Of a stretch of 64,000 bases of DNA, positions 19,946-28,349 are shown in pieces. Position 1 is the first letter of the stretch, and every line of letters starts with the position of its first letter. The DNA is taken from assembly GCA_963677745.1 (NCBI GenBank), contig OY782391.1, forward strand, positions 224,001 through 288,000. The letters are read 5' to 3'. The notes under the pieces were generated by a model. It had not been told where the DNA came from. It saw nothing but the letters and a program-made list of their open reading frames with translations, and ran no database searches. The translations under genes and the position numbers were made by a program. Source of the DNA: Candidatus Altimarinota bacterium (GTDB lineage Bacteria; Patescibacteriota; Gracilibacteria; UBA1369).

Positions 19946-20473
19946 ATGTGGAAAACAGTATCATCCAAAGAAATTTTCAATCATCCCCGCCTCACTTTAA
20001 TGGAGGACGAAATAATTTTGCCCAATGGTGTAAAAACATCCTATTTAAAATATAAAGACAATGGTGGTTGTTGCGTCACCGTAGTAACAAAAAGAGATGA
20101 TGGAAAAATCCTGCTTCAGACTGAATATTCATACCCGCCAAACGAAAAACTTTTGCAATTTCCCGGAGGTGGTGTCCCGGCTTCAGAGAAACCAGAGGTT
20201 GGAGCCAATCGTGAATTAATGGAGGAGGCCGGACTAAAGGCCAATAATTTAAAATTGCTCGGCAGTTACCTCATCAATAATCGCCGTTCAGCCATGAAGA
20301 TGTATATTTTCCTCGCCACTGACCTGCAAGAAGAATGTTTACCCGGCGATATTGAGGAAGATCTTGAAAGTTTCTGGTTTTCCGAAAACGAAATTGGAGA
20401 TATGATTAGAAACGGGCAAATCGTCAATGTGCACATTCTTGCCGCCTGGAGTCTGTATAATAATCAAAAATAA
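19946..20473 (+). CDS. Cassette 8: NUDIX hydrolase (ADP-ribose pyrophosphatase-like)
   Basis: FPGGG....E.....ANRELMEEAG Nudix box. Confidence 0.88.
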   Translation: MWKTVSSKEIFNHPRLTLMEDEIILPNGVKTSYLKYKDNGGCCVTVVTKRDDGKILLQTEYSYPPNEKLLQFPGGGVPASEKPEVGANRELMEEAGLKANNLKLLGSYLINNRRSAMKMYIFLATDLQEECLPGDIEEDLESFWFSENEIGDMIRNGQIVNVHILAAWSLYNNQK

Positions 20474-20480
20474 GTTCGTC

Positions 20481-20506
20481 ACTCAACAACACCTATAACG
20501 CTATAA
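20481..20506 (+). repeat. Eroded attC-like site 8 (central stem lost)
   Basis: TCACTCAAC is 1 mismatch from the expected TCACTTAAC, and GCTATAAGTA is 1 mismatch from GTTATAAGTA. They lie only 12 nt apart. Confidence 0.6.
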
Positions 20507-20521
20507 GTAATTTTCATTTTT

Positions 20522-20821
20522 ATGAAAGAAAAAACCATTAAAGAGATTACAAGTTTAATCATGCTTCAAGCTAAAGAAAAAGGGTTCGGCATCACCCCGG
20601 AAGAAATAGATTTCCCGCGAAAAATCGCATCATTACATTCTGAGGTTACGGAGGTTTATGATGCCTACAGAAAGAAGGGAATCAAGAGAACTGATTTAAT
20701 CGGTAAGGAACTTTGCGATGTAATACAAAGGACATTACATTTATGCGGAGTTTTTAAGATAGACGTAGAGAAGGAAATTTTGAAAAAAATAAAAATCAAT
20801 TCAAAAAGAAGTTGGAATTAA
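20522..20821 (+). CDS. Cassette 9: MazG-like NTP pyrophosphatase
   Basis: SEVTEVYDA...KELCDV...ID.E.EILKK..IN..R.W pattern. Confidence 0.75.
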   Translation: MKEKTIKEITSLIMLQAKEKGFGITPEEIDFPRKIASLHSEVTEVYDAYRKKGIKRTDLIGKELCDVIQRTLHLCGVFKIDVEKEILKKIKINSKRSWN

Positions 20822-20835
20822 TATTTGAAAGCTAC

Positions 20836-20915
20836 TTATAACAGCGCCTATGTAGTTCGGCTGCGGCCTACCCAAATTGCCTGCGGGCAACCTCCCCCAA
20901 GCGGGGGCATTGGGA
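20836..20915 (+). repeat. attC-like site 9 (family A, degenerate 3' end)
   Basis: TTATAAC-A-GCGCCT...CCCAAATTGCCTGCGGGCAAC; GTT is replaced by ATT. Confidence 0.72.
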
Positions 20916-20928
20916 AAAACGCAGATTC

Positions 20929-21576
20929 CTATCCATTCAAAAATGCTTTTATCTTGTCTCTGCACTCGACACATAAAACCTCACCCCGTACATCAAAATA
21001 AGCAGCCCTACTATCCTCATCTTTAAACTCGGGATCATTCCAACCGCGATTCACCATTGGACAATATTTATTGTCTACAACTGCATTATGATGTTTGAGG
21101 CCAAATAAATGACCAAGTTCATGAATGATTACCGAGCGTGTTCGTCCAATAATTCTTTTTAGATCCTCTGTATTTGTAACACATCTGGCCTCAAGCGTAG
21201 TCACCAAAGCTGTCCCATTTATTCTGTCGGCGGTACCACCAGCCCTAAGCCCACGCACACTGATCATTTTGTCAGTGACTATTAAGCCGTGCCGTATTTG
21301 TGAGCCGAACCGATGTCGACGCATGGAATGGAGCACCTGTCCTATATCTCTATGGACACCTTGGTCCGGAATTCCGTTGATCATGTTTCGGGTACCTAAA
21401 AAAACATCACAGGCATAAGCATCTGGTGATACTAAATCCTTTACCGAATTCTGAGAAAAGATACGAATTTCGGAATAGGCACCGTCAAAAGCCGATAATG
21501 CCGGCTGGCACAACTTTTCTAATTCCTTATGCTCAAGCGCTGTGTCAAGCGGTAGGACAAGCAGGTTTTTTTGCAT
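20929..21576 (-). CDS. Cassette 10 (inverted): archaemetzincin-like Zn metalloprotease
   Basis: HELGHLFGLKH, CPM, C-terminal LCxxC. Start chosen at MQKNLL. Confidence 0.75.
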   Translation of the reverse strand: MQKNLLVLPLDTALEHKELEKLCQPALSAFDGAYSEIRIFSQNSVKDLVSPDAYACDVFLGTRNMINGIPDQGVHRDIGQVLHSMRRHRFGSQIRHGLIVTDKMISVRGLRAGGTADRINGTALVTTLEARCVTNTEDLKRIIGRTRSVIIHELGHLFGLKHHNAVVDNKYCPMVNRGWNDPEFKDEDSRAAYFDVRGEVLCVECRDKIKAFLNG

Positions 21577-21658
21577 GATGCTGATTGTTAGAGCGAGTAC
21601 TCTATAACTTTCTTCACAAAATGTCAATACCCAGAAAGCAACAAGGAAATGCCTTCTC

Positions 21659-21773
21659 TCCAAACCATAACTGTGCGTTTCGGCTACGGTCCCACCCAAA
21701 TGCTCGCGCGGTTTGGCACATCGTGCTAGCATTTTACCGTGCTTTGCACTTCGAATATGCACGGACGTTAGGC
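21659..21773 (+). repeat. attC-like site 10 (family C, degenerate 5' end)
   Basis: Aligns with site 6 (CACCCAAATGCTCGCGCGGTTT..CAC.TCGTGCTA.CATTTTACCGTGCTT.GCACTT); ends GGAC-GTTAGGC. Confidence 0.78.
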
Positions 21774-21803
21774 AAAATTAGCCGGGCTTGGTAAACTATA
21801 ATT

Positions 21804-22088
21804 ATGAAACAACATAAACATAAAAACAACCTCCTGGATATATTGTCGCATACTGTCATTTATGAATCGGCAAACGGCGAAAAAGAAGAGATGTATCACC
21901 TGGGGATAATCTATACAGTTATTTTGAGTAATCCGGAAAATTTAAAAACAGATGCCGATGGTGAAGATTCACAAGGCGCAAGTTGGGTAAAATTAAGTGA
22001 ATTCAACAAAGAGGACTTTTCGCCATTTGCAAGCCAAAGCATAGCAAAACATTTACAGAAAAAAGGTCGTGCAACCAACAACATCTGA
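21804..22088 (+). pseudogene. Probable NUDIX hydrolase fragment (C-terminal half)
   Basis: HLGIIY.V...DG.DS.GA.W..L....SPF resembles Nudix C-termini; no Nudix box. Confidence 0.45.
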
Positions 22089-22096
22089 CAGCACAA

Positions 22097-22525
22097 ATGA
22101 AAATCACAGACGGAGCCAAAATATTTATTAAAAACGACGCTCTAAACAAGTATCTGTTTGTACTTAGAGATAATAAACCAAATATTCCCAATCCAAACAT
22201 GTGGGGTTTATTGGGAGGCGGTATCGAACCGGGAGAAAATCCGGTCGATACGATCAAGCGCGAACTTGCAGAGGAAATCAACATTGACGTCTTTGACATA
22301 CAAAAAATTCATTCACAAAAGTTGGTTCATAACGTTCAAGGGCAAAAATATGAAATAACAGGACACTATTTTGTCGGAAAAACAGACGTTGAAGATTTAT
22401 CTGGAGTAAAACTAAATGAAGGGCAAAAAGTGGCATATTTCTCGCTCAAAGAAATTATTCAAAAAGATAATGTATCTCCGATAATAAAAGACCTGATTAG
22501 GATTTATCAGGATAAACTCAGATAA
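22097..22525 (+). CDS. NUDIX hydrolase
   Basis: LRDNKPNIP.PNMW.L.GG..EPGE......RELAEE. Confidence 0.88.
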   Translation: MKITDGAKIFIKNDALNKYLFVLRDNKPNIPNPNMWGLLGGGIEPGENPVDTIKRELAEEINIDVFDIQKIHSQKLVHNVQGQKYEITGHYFVGKTDVEDLSGVKLNEGQKVAYFSLKEIIQKDNVSPIIKDLIRIYQDKLR

Positions 22526-22583
22526 TTTCCAATAACACCATCGCTGCAGTTTTTTACCAGTTATATCTAACACTCTCCAAAAT

Positions 22584-23237
22584 ATGATCTACATAATTAT
22601 TGCTTTCATCGTCATTATCGCACTCTGGTCGATCTGGGGATTTTTGGGTTCCAATGTTGAGCAGGCGGACTATAGCGTGGTCAAGCAAATTAATGACTAC
22701 GAAATAAGGGAATATCCCGCCCATATTGTCGCGCAAACGACGGTGGAAGGATCCTATGAAGAATCCCTGATCAATGGTTTCAGAATTTTGGCCGGATACA
22801 TTTTTGGCGGAAATAAAAAAAGAAAAAAGATCGCCATGACCGCGCCAGTGGTTGCACAAAAACACGTGGTTGCCCAAAAGGAAGCCGGCTCCAAATCATC
22901 AGAAAGTATTGCCATGACGGCGCCGGTAATTGCGACGAACAAGGGCGCCTCGCAAATCATATCTTTCGGCATGCCCCGCTCCTATACGCTGGAAACATTG
23001 CCGATTCCGAATGATCCGAGAATAAAAATCGTCATGATTCCGGCCAAGAAATTCGCTGTGATGCGGTTTTCATGGTATCGCTCCGATGCGCGGGTAAAAA
23101 GCCGGCAAAAAAAACTGCTCTCGGCGCTGGCCCGCGACGGAGTTGCAACAAAAGGCAGCGTGGCCTATGCTGGATACAATGCGCCCTGGACTCCGCCCTG
23201 GATGATGCGCAATGAAGTATTAATTGAGGTTAAATAA
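22584..23237 (+). CDS. SOUL heme-binding family protein
   Basis: YEIREYP, GFR.LAGYIFGGN, IAMTAPV (twice), YN.PWTPP..RNEV. Confidence 0.9.
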   Translation: MIYIIIAFIVIIALWSIWGFLGSNVEQADYSVVKQINDYEIREYPAHIVAQTTVEGSYEESLINGFRILAGYIFGGNKKRKKIAMTAPVVAQKHVVAQKEAGSKSSESIAMTAPVIATNKGASQIISFGMPRSYTLETLPIPNDPRIKIVMIPAKKFAVMRFSWYRSDARVKSRQKKLLSALARDGVATKGSVAYAGYNAPWTPPWMMRNEVLIEVK

Positions 23238-23252
23238 AATAAACTCAATCAA

Positions 23253-23609
23253 ATGAATACCCTGTCCGAAGAGGAAAAAAAAGTAATCATCGACAAAGGC
23301 ACGGAAGCGCCGTTTACCGGCGAATATGTCAATAACAAAGCCACCGGGATTTACGTTTGCCGGCAATGCGGGGCAGCTCTTTATGATTCCAAGGATAAAT
23401 TTAAGTCCGATTGCGGCTGGCCAAGTTTTGATGATGAAATAGCCGGAGCAGTCAACAAAAGTCCGGACAAAGATGGCATACGTACCGAAATCACCTGCGC
23501 TAAATGCGGCGGGCACCTGGGCCATTTGTTTACCGGCGAAAAATTAACCGAAAAAAATCAACGATATTGCGTCAATTCCATTTCCATGAAATTTATTCCG
23601 GGAAAATAA
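23253..23609 (+). CDS. msrB: Methionine-R-sulfoxide reductase
   Basis: GTE.PF.GEY, KF.S.CGWPSF, GHLGH.F, RYCVNS. Confidence 0.95.
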   Translation: MNTLSEEEKKVIIDKGTEAPFTGEYVNNKATGIYVCRQCGAALYDSKDKFKSDCGWPSFDDEIAGAVNKSPDKDGIRTEITCAKCGGHLGHLFTGEKLTEKNQRYCVNSISMKFIPGK

Positions 23610-23617
23610 TCGCTTAT

Positions 23618-24106
23618 ATGATCAAAAAAATAGTATTGGCAGGAGGCTGTTTCTGGGGCCTGGAAGAACTGATCAGAAAACAACCGGGTGTGATCAACAC
23701 TACCGCGGGATACACCGGCGGCCAGGTAAAAAATCCCACCTACGAAAATCACGAAGGCCATGCCGAAGCGGTGAAAATCGAATATGATCCCGATAAAACG
23801 TCGTACCAAAAACTGCTGGATTTTTTCTTTCAAATCCATAACCCGACCACCCTTAATCAACAAGGCAATGATCGGGGCACCTCTTATCGATCGGCAATTT
23901 TTTATGGAAATGATGGGGAAAAGCAGGAAGCGGAAAATTTTATAAAAATAGTCAATGCCTCCAAACGATGGAAAGATCCCGTAGTCACGACCCTGGAACC
24001 GCTAAAAGAGTTTTATCCGGCGGAAGACTATCATCAGGATTATTTACAAAAAAATCCCGATGGTTATACCTGCCACTTAATGTATTTTGACAGTTATCTA
24101 AAATAA
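23618..24106 (+). CDS. msrA: Methionine-S-sulfoxide reductase
   Basis: GGCFWG, GY.GG, GHAE, QGND.GT.YRS, AEDYHQ.Y. Confidence 0.95.
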   Translation: MIKKIVLAGGCFWGLEELIRKQPGVINTTAGYTGGQVKNPTYENHEGHAEAVKIEYDPDKTSYQKLLDFFFQIHNPTTLNQQGNDRGTSYRSAIFYGNDGEKQEAENFIKIVNASKRWKDPVVTTLEPLKEFYPAEDYHQDYLQKNPDGYTCHLMYFDSYLK

Positions 24107-24129
24107 TTTTTAAAATTTAATAAAAATTT

Positions 24130-24897
24130 ATGAAAAACTTATTGGTAAAAATCCTGGCGACTACGGCCTATGTCGCCATGGTTGCGATGAATTACCTGGC
24201 CGTCGGTCTGCCGCTCAATAACCGTTCCACCGGCGAAATATCCAATGCCTATCCCAATATGTTCGCTCCGGCCGGTCTGACCTTTTCCATTTGGGGACTG
24301 ATTTACCTTTTACTGGGCGGTTACGTGGTTTATCAGTTTATCAAAAAGGATAAAAAATCCGAGACACTGCAGAATAAAATAAATCCCCTTTTCATCGCCA
24401 CTTCCCTGGCCAATATCTGCTGGATCTTTGCCTGGCATTATGATTATATCGGCATTTCGGTACTGATTATGGCGGTATTGCTGATTCTTCTGATCAAAAT
24501 TGCCGACCTGCTGCGCACCGGGCAATGGAAATCTTGGGGAAAATTGTTGATTTGGGCGTCCTTTAGCATTTACTTCGGCTGGATCACTGTCGCGACTATT
24601 GCCAATATCACGGTATTTTTGGTGAGCATCGGCTGGGACGGATTCGGAATTGACCAATATGTATGGACCAGCATTATTCTGCTGGTCGGAGCGCTAATCG
24701 GAATCCTGCGGATGAATAAAGATAAAAATATCGCCTATGGTCTGGTTCTAGTCTGGGCCTATCTGGGAATACTGCTCAAACACATTTCCTCCGATGGTTT
24801 TGGAGGACAATATCCCAGCATCATTTTCACGGTAGCCATCTGTCTGGTTTTGTTTGGATATTTTGCGGGAAGGATATCGTACACGACCAGTAAGTAA
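24130..24897 (+). CDS. TspO/MBR-related multi-pass membrane protein
   Basis: F.PAG.TFSIWG.IY, N..WIFAWH, SIY.GWITVAT.AN. Confidence 0.75.
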   Translation: MKNLLVKILATTAYVAMVAMNYLAVGLPLNNRSTGEISNAYPNMFAPAGLTFSIWGLIYLLLGGYVVYQFIKKDKKSETLQNKINPLFIATSLANICWIFAWHYDYIGISVLIMAVLLILLIKIADLLRTGQWKSWGKLLIWASFSIYFGWITVATIANITVFLVSIGWDGFGIDQYVWTSIILLVGALIGILRMNKDKNIAYGLVLVWAYLGILLKHISSDGFGGQYPSIIFTVAICLVLFGYFAGRISYTTSK

Positions 24898-24917
24898 ATT
24901 TCCCAAACCCCACCCCT

Positions 24918-25283
24918 ATGGAAGAAAAACCGATCACCACCATGAAAGACGCCCAGAAACTGGTTAAAGCCTTTGCCGAACGAAACCGGTGGGATGACAG
25001 TCCCAATGTCGACAAGTTCGACCATCTGCATGAAGAACTGATTGAAATGTCCCAGCATTTGAGATACAAATCCGCGGAAGAACGACAACAATTCGTACAG
25101 GAACACAAAGAGATCTTCACTGACGGAATCGGCGACCTGTTTTTCGGGACCTGCCGCCTGGCCAACCAGCTGGGAGTGGATATAGAGGAAGCCTTTAATA
25201 TGGTGCAAAAGGAAATTCTTAAAAAGTACAACCATACCAACGCCGAAAATAACCTTACCGGCAGACCACCGGGCGCAAGATAA
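24918..25283 (+). CDS. MazG-like NTP pyrophosphatase
   Basis: W......HL.EEL.E...GIGD..F....LAN.LGVD.E.A. Confidence 0.75.
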   Translation: MEEKPITTMKDAQKLVKAFAERNRWDDSPNVDKFDHLHEELIEMSQHLRYKSAEERQQFVQEHKEIFTDGIGDLFFGTCRLANQLGVDIEEAFNMVQKEILKKYNHTNAENNLTGRPPGAR

Positions 25284-25319
25284 CATCACCGGGCTTTAAA
25301 CCAGTTTATCCACGATTTT

Positions 25320-25562
25320 ATGGAAGATCTTCAAAAAGAGAAATATCAGCATTACAAGGGAGCTTTCTACGAAGTAATCGGCCTGGCCAGAGACAGTGAA
25401 ACTCTGGAAGAATTGGTATTGTACCGTGCTTTATACGAATCCAAAGATTTTGGTAAAGAAGCTCTCTGGGTCAGACCAAAAAAAATGTTTTTTGAAAATG
25501 TCACGGTTGATGGACAAGTGATTCCGCGATTCAAGCACATTTCAGATGTAAATCACTTCTAA
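25320..25562 (+). CDS. DUF1653 family protein
   Basis: Y.HYKG..Y.V...A..SETLE..V.Y.ALY....WVRP..MF...RF. Confidence 0.88.
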   Translation: MEDLQKEKYQHYKGAFYEVIGLARDSETLEELVLYRALYESKDFGKEALWVRPKKMFFENVTVDGQVIPRFKHISDVNHF

Positions 25563-25581
25563 TAAATAAAGTTAAATATTT

Positions 25582-25971
25582 ATGGACAATACAATAGACT
25601 CAATCAGCAGCAACAGGAGCAACAAACCAGACAACTGGCAGGACAAAATTCTCCAAGAGTTTCGCCAGCTGATCAAAGAAGCGGACCCGCTGATGGTAGA
25701 AGAAATAAAATGGAGAAAACCATCGAACTCGATGCGTGGAGTTCCTGTGTGGTCTCACAACGGGATCATCTGCACCGGTGAAACATACAAAGACAAGGTG
25801 AAGTTCACTTTTGCCAATGGCGCTTCACTCGAAGATCCCGCAGAACTCTTCAACTCCAGCCTCGATGGTAACACAAGACGGGCCATCGACATCCACCAAG
25901 GAGACAAATTAAACAAATCCGTCCTGAAGGCACTGATTCTGGACGCTGTTGCCCAAAACCTCAAAAACTAA
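25582..25971 (+). CDS. DUF1801 (YdeI/YdhG-like) protein
   Basis: EE.KW....PVWSH.GIICTGETYK..VK.TF..GA.L.DP..LFN.SL.GN.RRAID. Confidence 0.85.
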   Translation: MDNTIDSISSNRSNKPDNWQDKILQEFRQLIKEADPLMVEEIKWRKPSNSMRGVPVWSHNGIICTGETYKDKVKFTFANGASLEDPAELFNSSLDGNTRRAIDIHQGDKLNKSVLKALILDAVAQNLKN

Positions 25972-26123
25972 AAATAGTGTTTGTTCAAATTTATTAATTG
26001 CTGCTTGAAAAATTCACGGGCTACCCTACCGAGCCCAGCCTTTAAACAAAAGCTCCTAGTCTGCCATATTGACCATTCGGCAAATACCAGCTATGTTCAA
26101 CCCGTCAATTTAATAACATTATT

Positions 26124-26447
26124 ATGAAAACAACTGGCGTACTTATCACATTATTCATCAGCACCATAGTGCTATTTGGTTGCTCCAACAATCCCGCTAC
26201 CGATAAAAATACTGCTACGGTAACGGAAAAGAAAACAAGTCAGCAAATCACCGTAGATTTCCTCAACAATGATGGCAGCATTACAAAAATCACAACAACC
26301 GAGGCGGAGTTAAACGGTGTAAACGGCTGCTTCATGTACAACGGTAAATGTCTCGTAAAAAGTCCAAACCCGGCTCACAACGGGGCCTATGTCCCGGAGG
26401 GCGTGGATTTCTATCCTGCCACGGAGGGCGGACCGAAAAACAGTTAA
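26124..26447 (+). CDS. Putative lipoprotein
   Basis: Signal peptide with lipobox LFGC; upstream TTGACC-N17-TATGTT. Confidence 0.7.
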   Translation: MKTTGVLITLFISTIVLFGCSNNPATDKNTATVTEKKTSQQITVDFLNNDGSITKITTTEAELNGVNGCFMYNGKCLVKSPNPAHNGAYVPEGVDFYPATEGGPKNS

Positions 26448-26953
26448 TGAAACCTCTCCAAACCATCAAAAGAGAAGTTCTTAAACTCAATAAGACCACT
26501 ACCCCGATTGATCCTGATATCCAGGAATTACTGGCTGGCTTAAGAGCTTTTGCTATTCCCACCCGCTATTCCTGCTCCGGACACCGGGAAAGAAACGGGA
26601 CTTTTCCCTATGTAGACATCTATACGGATGATTCTCACATAGCTTATGATGATTATTCCCCCAAAATGCTCAAAACAAAGGAAACCTTCATCAGGAATAA
26701 TATTGCCATTCAAAAAAAACTTATCGATCTCCTGACCGAATTCTATAATACCCGCAAAGTTGATTATAAATACCAGATTACCCTTCATACCACGCTGGAT
26801 TGGGCAGGAGTGAGACTGAAAAGCCTGGGAGCGGATCTGCTCAAAAAAATGCCACCCAAAACCTTCAAAAAAGAACTTGTGAATTATCAGAACGAAATGA
26901 AAAAATTCGGTTCATTTTTAATTAAAAAATACAACTCAAAAACTGCCGCATAA
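26447..26953 (+). CDS. Hypothetical protein (ID..I...T..SCSGH motif, TYW3-fold-like)
   Basis: ATG overlaps the upstream TAA; motif resemblance only. Confidence 0.55.
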   Translation: MKPLQTIKREVLKLNKTTTPIDPDIQELLAGLRAFAIPTRYSCSGHRERNGTFPYVDIYTDDSHIAYDDYSPKMLKTKETFIRNNIAIQKKLIDLLTEFYNTRKVDYKYQITLHTTLDWAGVRLKSLGADLLKKMPPKTFKKELVNYQNEMKKFGSFLIKKYNSKTAA

Positions 26954-26962
26954 AACAGACAC

Positions 26963-27772
26963 ATGAACAAACTTTATATTTTCAAGTCCGAAATGACCGC
27001 TTCAGTCCACGTCTGCAGCGATAACGAACTGGCTGAATTCACCAGAAAACACAACCGGATCACCCGGAGAAACGACAACATCCCCTACCAGCCCTGGTCG
27101 CTGACCTGCAGTATGGAATTCCAAAGAGAGCAGACAGCCGCTGACTTCAGACATTTTCTGGAAACCGGGGCCGGAATGGAGTTTATCCGCAAGCATATTT
27201 CCTTCAACCCTTTGTCCGAGCTGAGAAAACTGATGGCCGTGTTGCCAAAATCCTGCCGGTTTTACCTGATGGGCGGGCTGTCGCTGGACGGCCATCTGGG
27301 CAAATTAAGCCGGCCGCATGACGATGTGGACTTGATCTGCTGGCGTAAAGATTTGGCAATTTTTCAAAAAGCACTAAAGAAAATCGGGTACAAAACCAGG
27401 GTAATCTATTCCAAGAAAAAACCGAAACTGGCTATTTTGATGGAAACAGACGAAGAAAATCCCGCCATTGAAGTGAAAATTATCGACGTAAAACCGGATA
27501 ATTGTTTTCAGCTAAACTCCAATGCTCCAACTCCGCTGATTTACCCCAAAAAATTCCTCGGTCCAGTAATGGTAACACTGGACGGGCTCAAATTTCCGGC
27601 CATCACACTCCCCTTCATGCTGGCTTTGAACGAATCAGGGAAACAGAACCTGAAAAGAATTAAAAAAGAAAATCCCAAACTTTATAAACTACTCGGTTAC
27701 AAAATCACAAACAACAAGAACGACCGTCAGATTATCCGGAACCTGCTCGGCAAAAGTTCAATCAAGCGTTAA
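26963..27772 (+). CDS. Nucleotidyltransferase (ANT(2'')/Lnu-like superfamily)
   Basis: GG.SLD..LG...RPHDDVDL motif. Confidence 0.72.
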   Translation: MNKLYIFKSEMTASVHVCSDNELAEFTRKHNRITRRNDNIPYQPWSLTCSMEFQREQTAADFRHFLETGAGMEFIRKHISFNPLSELRKLMAVLPKSCRFYLMGGLSLDGHLGKLSRPHDDVDLICWRKDLAIFQKALKKIGYKTRVIYSKKKPKLAILMETDEENPAIEVKIIDVKPDNCFQLNSNAPTPLIYPKKFLGPVMVTLDGLKFPAITLPFMLALNESGKQNLKRIKKENPKLYKLLGYKITNNKNDRQIIRNLLGKSSIKR

Positions 27773-27791
27773 AAATAACCAGAAACCCATA

Positions 27792-28349
27792 ATGCAAAAA
27801 CACCGGCTAAAACAACAAATTTGGGTACTCGTAATCGGACTGCTGACCATCCCACCAACCGCTTTCGCGATAAATCCATACTATGTCAGTAAAGGCCAGA
27901 CCATCGGAGCAATCTTCCGGGAAAATTTTTTCCGGGTAAACTTTTTCTTTTCAATCGTCCCTTGGATTCTGTTGATATTGATCCTTATCGCCCTGATTCT
28001 TGGATATTTTATCCACCGCAAATACATCGCCTGGCTTTTCTTTGCCGTCTATCCGGTTATTTTTCTGTACCCCATCCTTACCAACAAAGACACCAGATTA
28101 TCCAATATACTTCTAAGTAACATCCACAGCTTTTATGTGACTGTTTTTATCACTATTGTGGCGTTTACCGCTTCCACACTGTTTAACAAAATCAGAAAGA
28201 AAAAACATAAACTTTCCGACAGGGATTTTATTCCGATGGCAATCATCATCGCCATCGTTCTGATTCTGACGTTTTCAAACGTACCATCAGGTTTGCTGGT
28301 ATGTAACGTCCCGGTTATCAACCAGTCTTTTAATTGCACCCATTATTGA
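27792..28349 (+). CDS. Hypothetical membrane protein
   Basis: 4-5 hydrophobic segments. Confidence 0.6.
   Translation: MQKHRLKQQIWVLVIGLLTIPPTAFAINPYYVSKGQTIGAIFRENFFRVNFFFSIVPWILLILILIALILGYFIHRKYIAWLFFAVYPVIFLYPILTNKDTRLSNILLSNIHSFYVTVFITIVAFTASTLFNKIRKKKHKLSDRDFIPMAIIIAIVLILTFSNVPSGLLVCNVPVINQSFNCTHY

Larger units (their letters stand above)
14714..22566. mobile_element. Integron-like platform: integrase, attI-like site and about 10-11 gene cassettes
   Basis: Divergent integrase; repeated AAC...GTT-bounded hairpins between mostly single genes; cassette ends are complementary. Confidence 0.88.

Noticed and set aside
15913-21773. CRISPR array interpretation of the recurring repeats
   Set aside because: Repeats are mostly 47-149 bp and variable, and are separated by whole genes. 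No cas genes are present.
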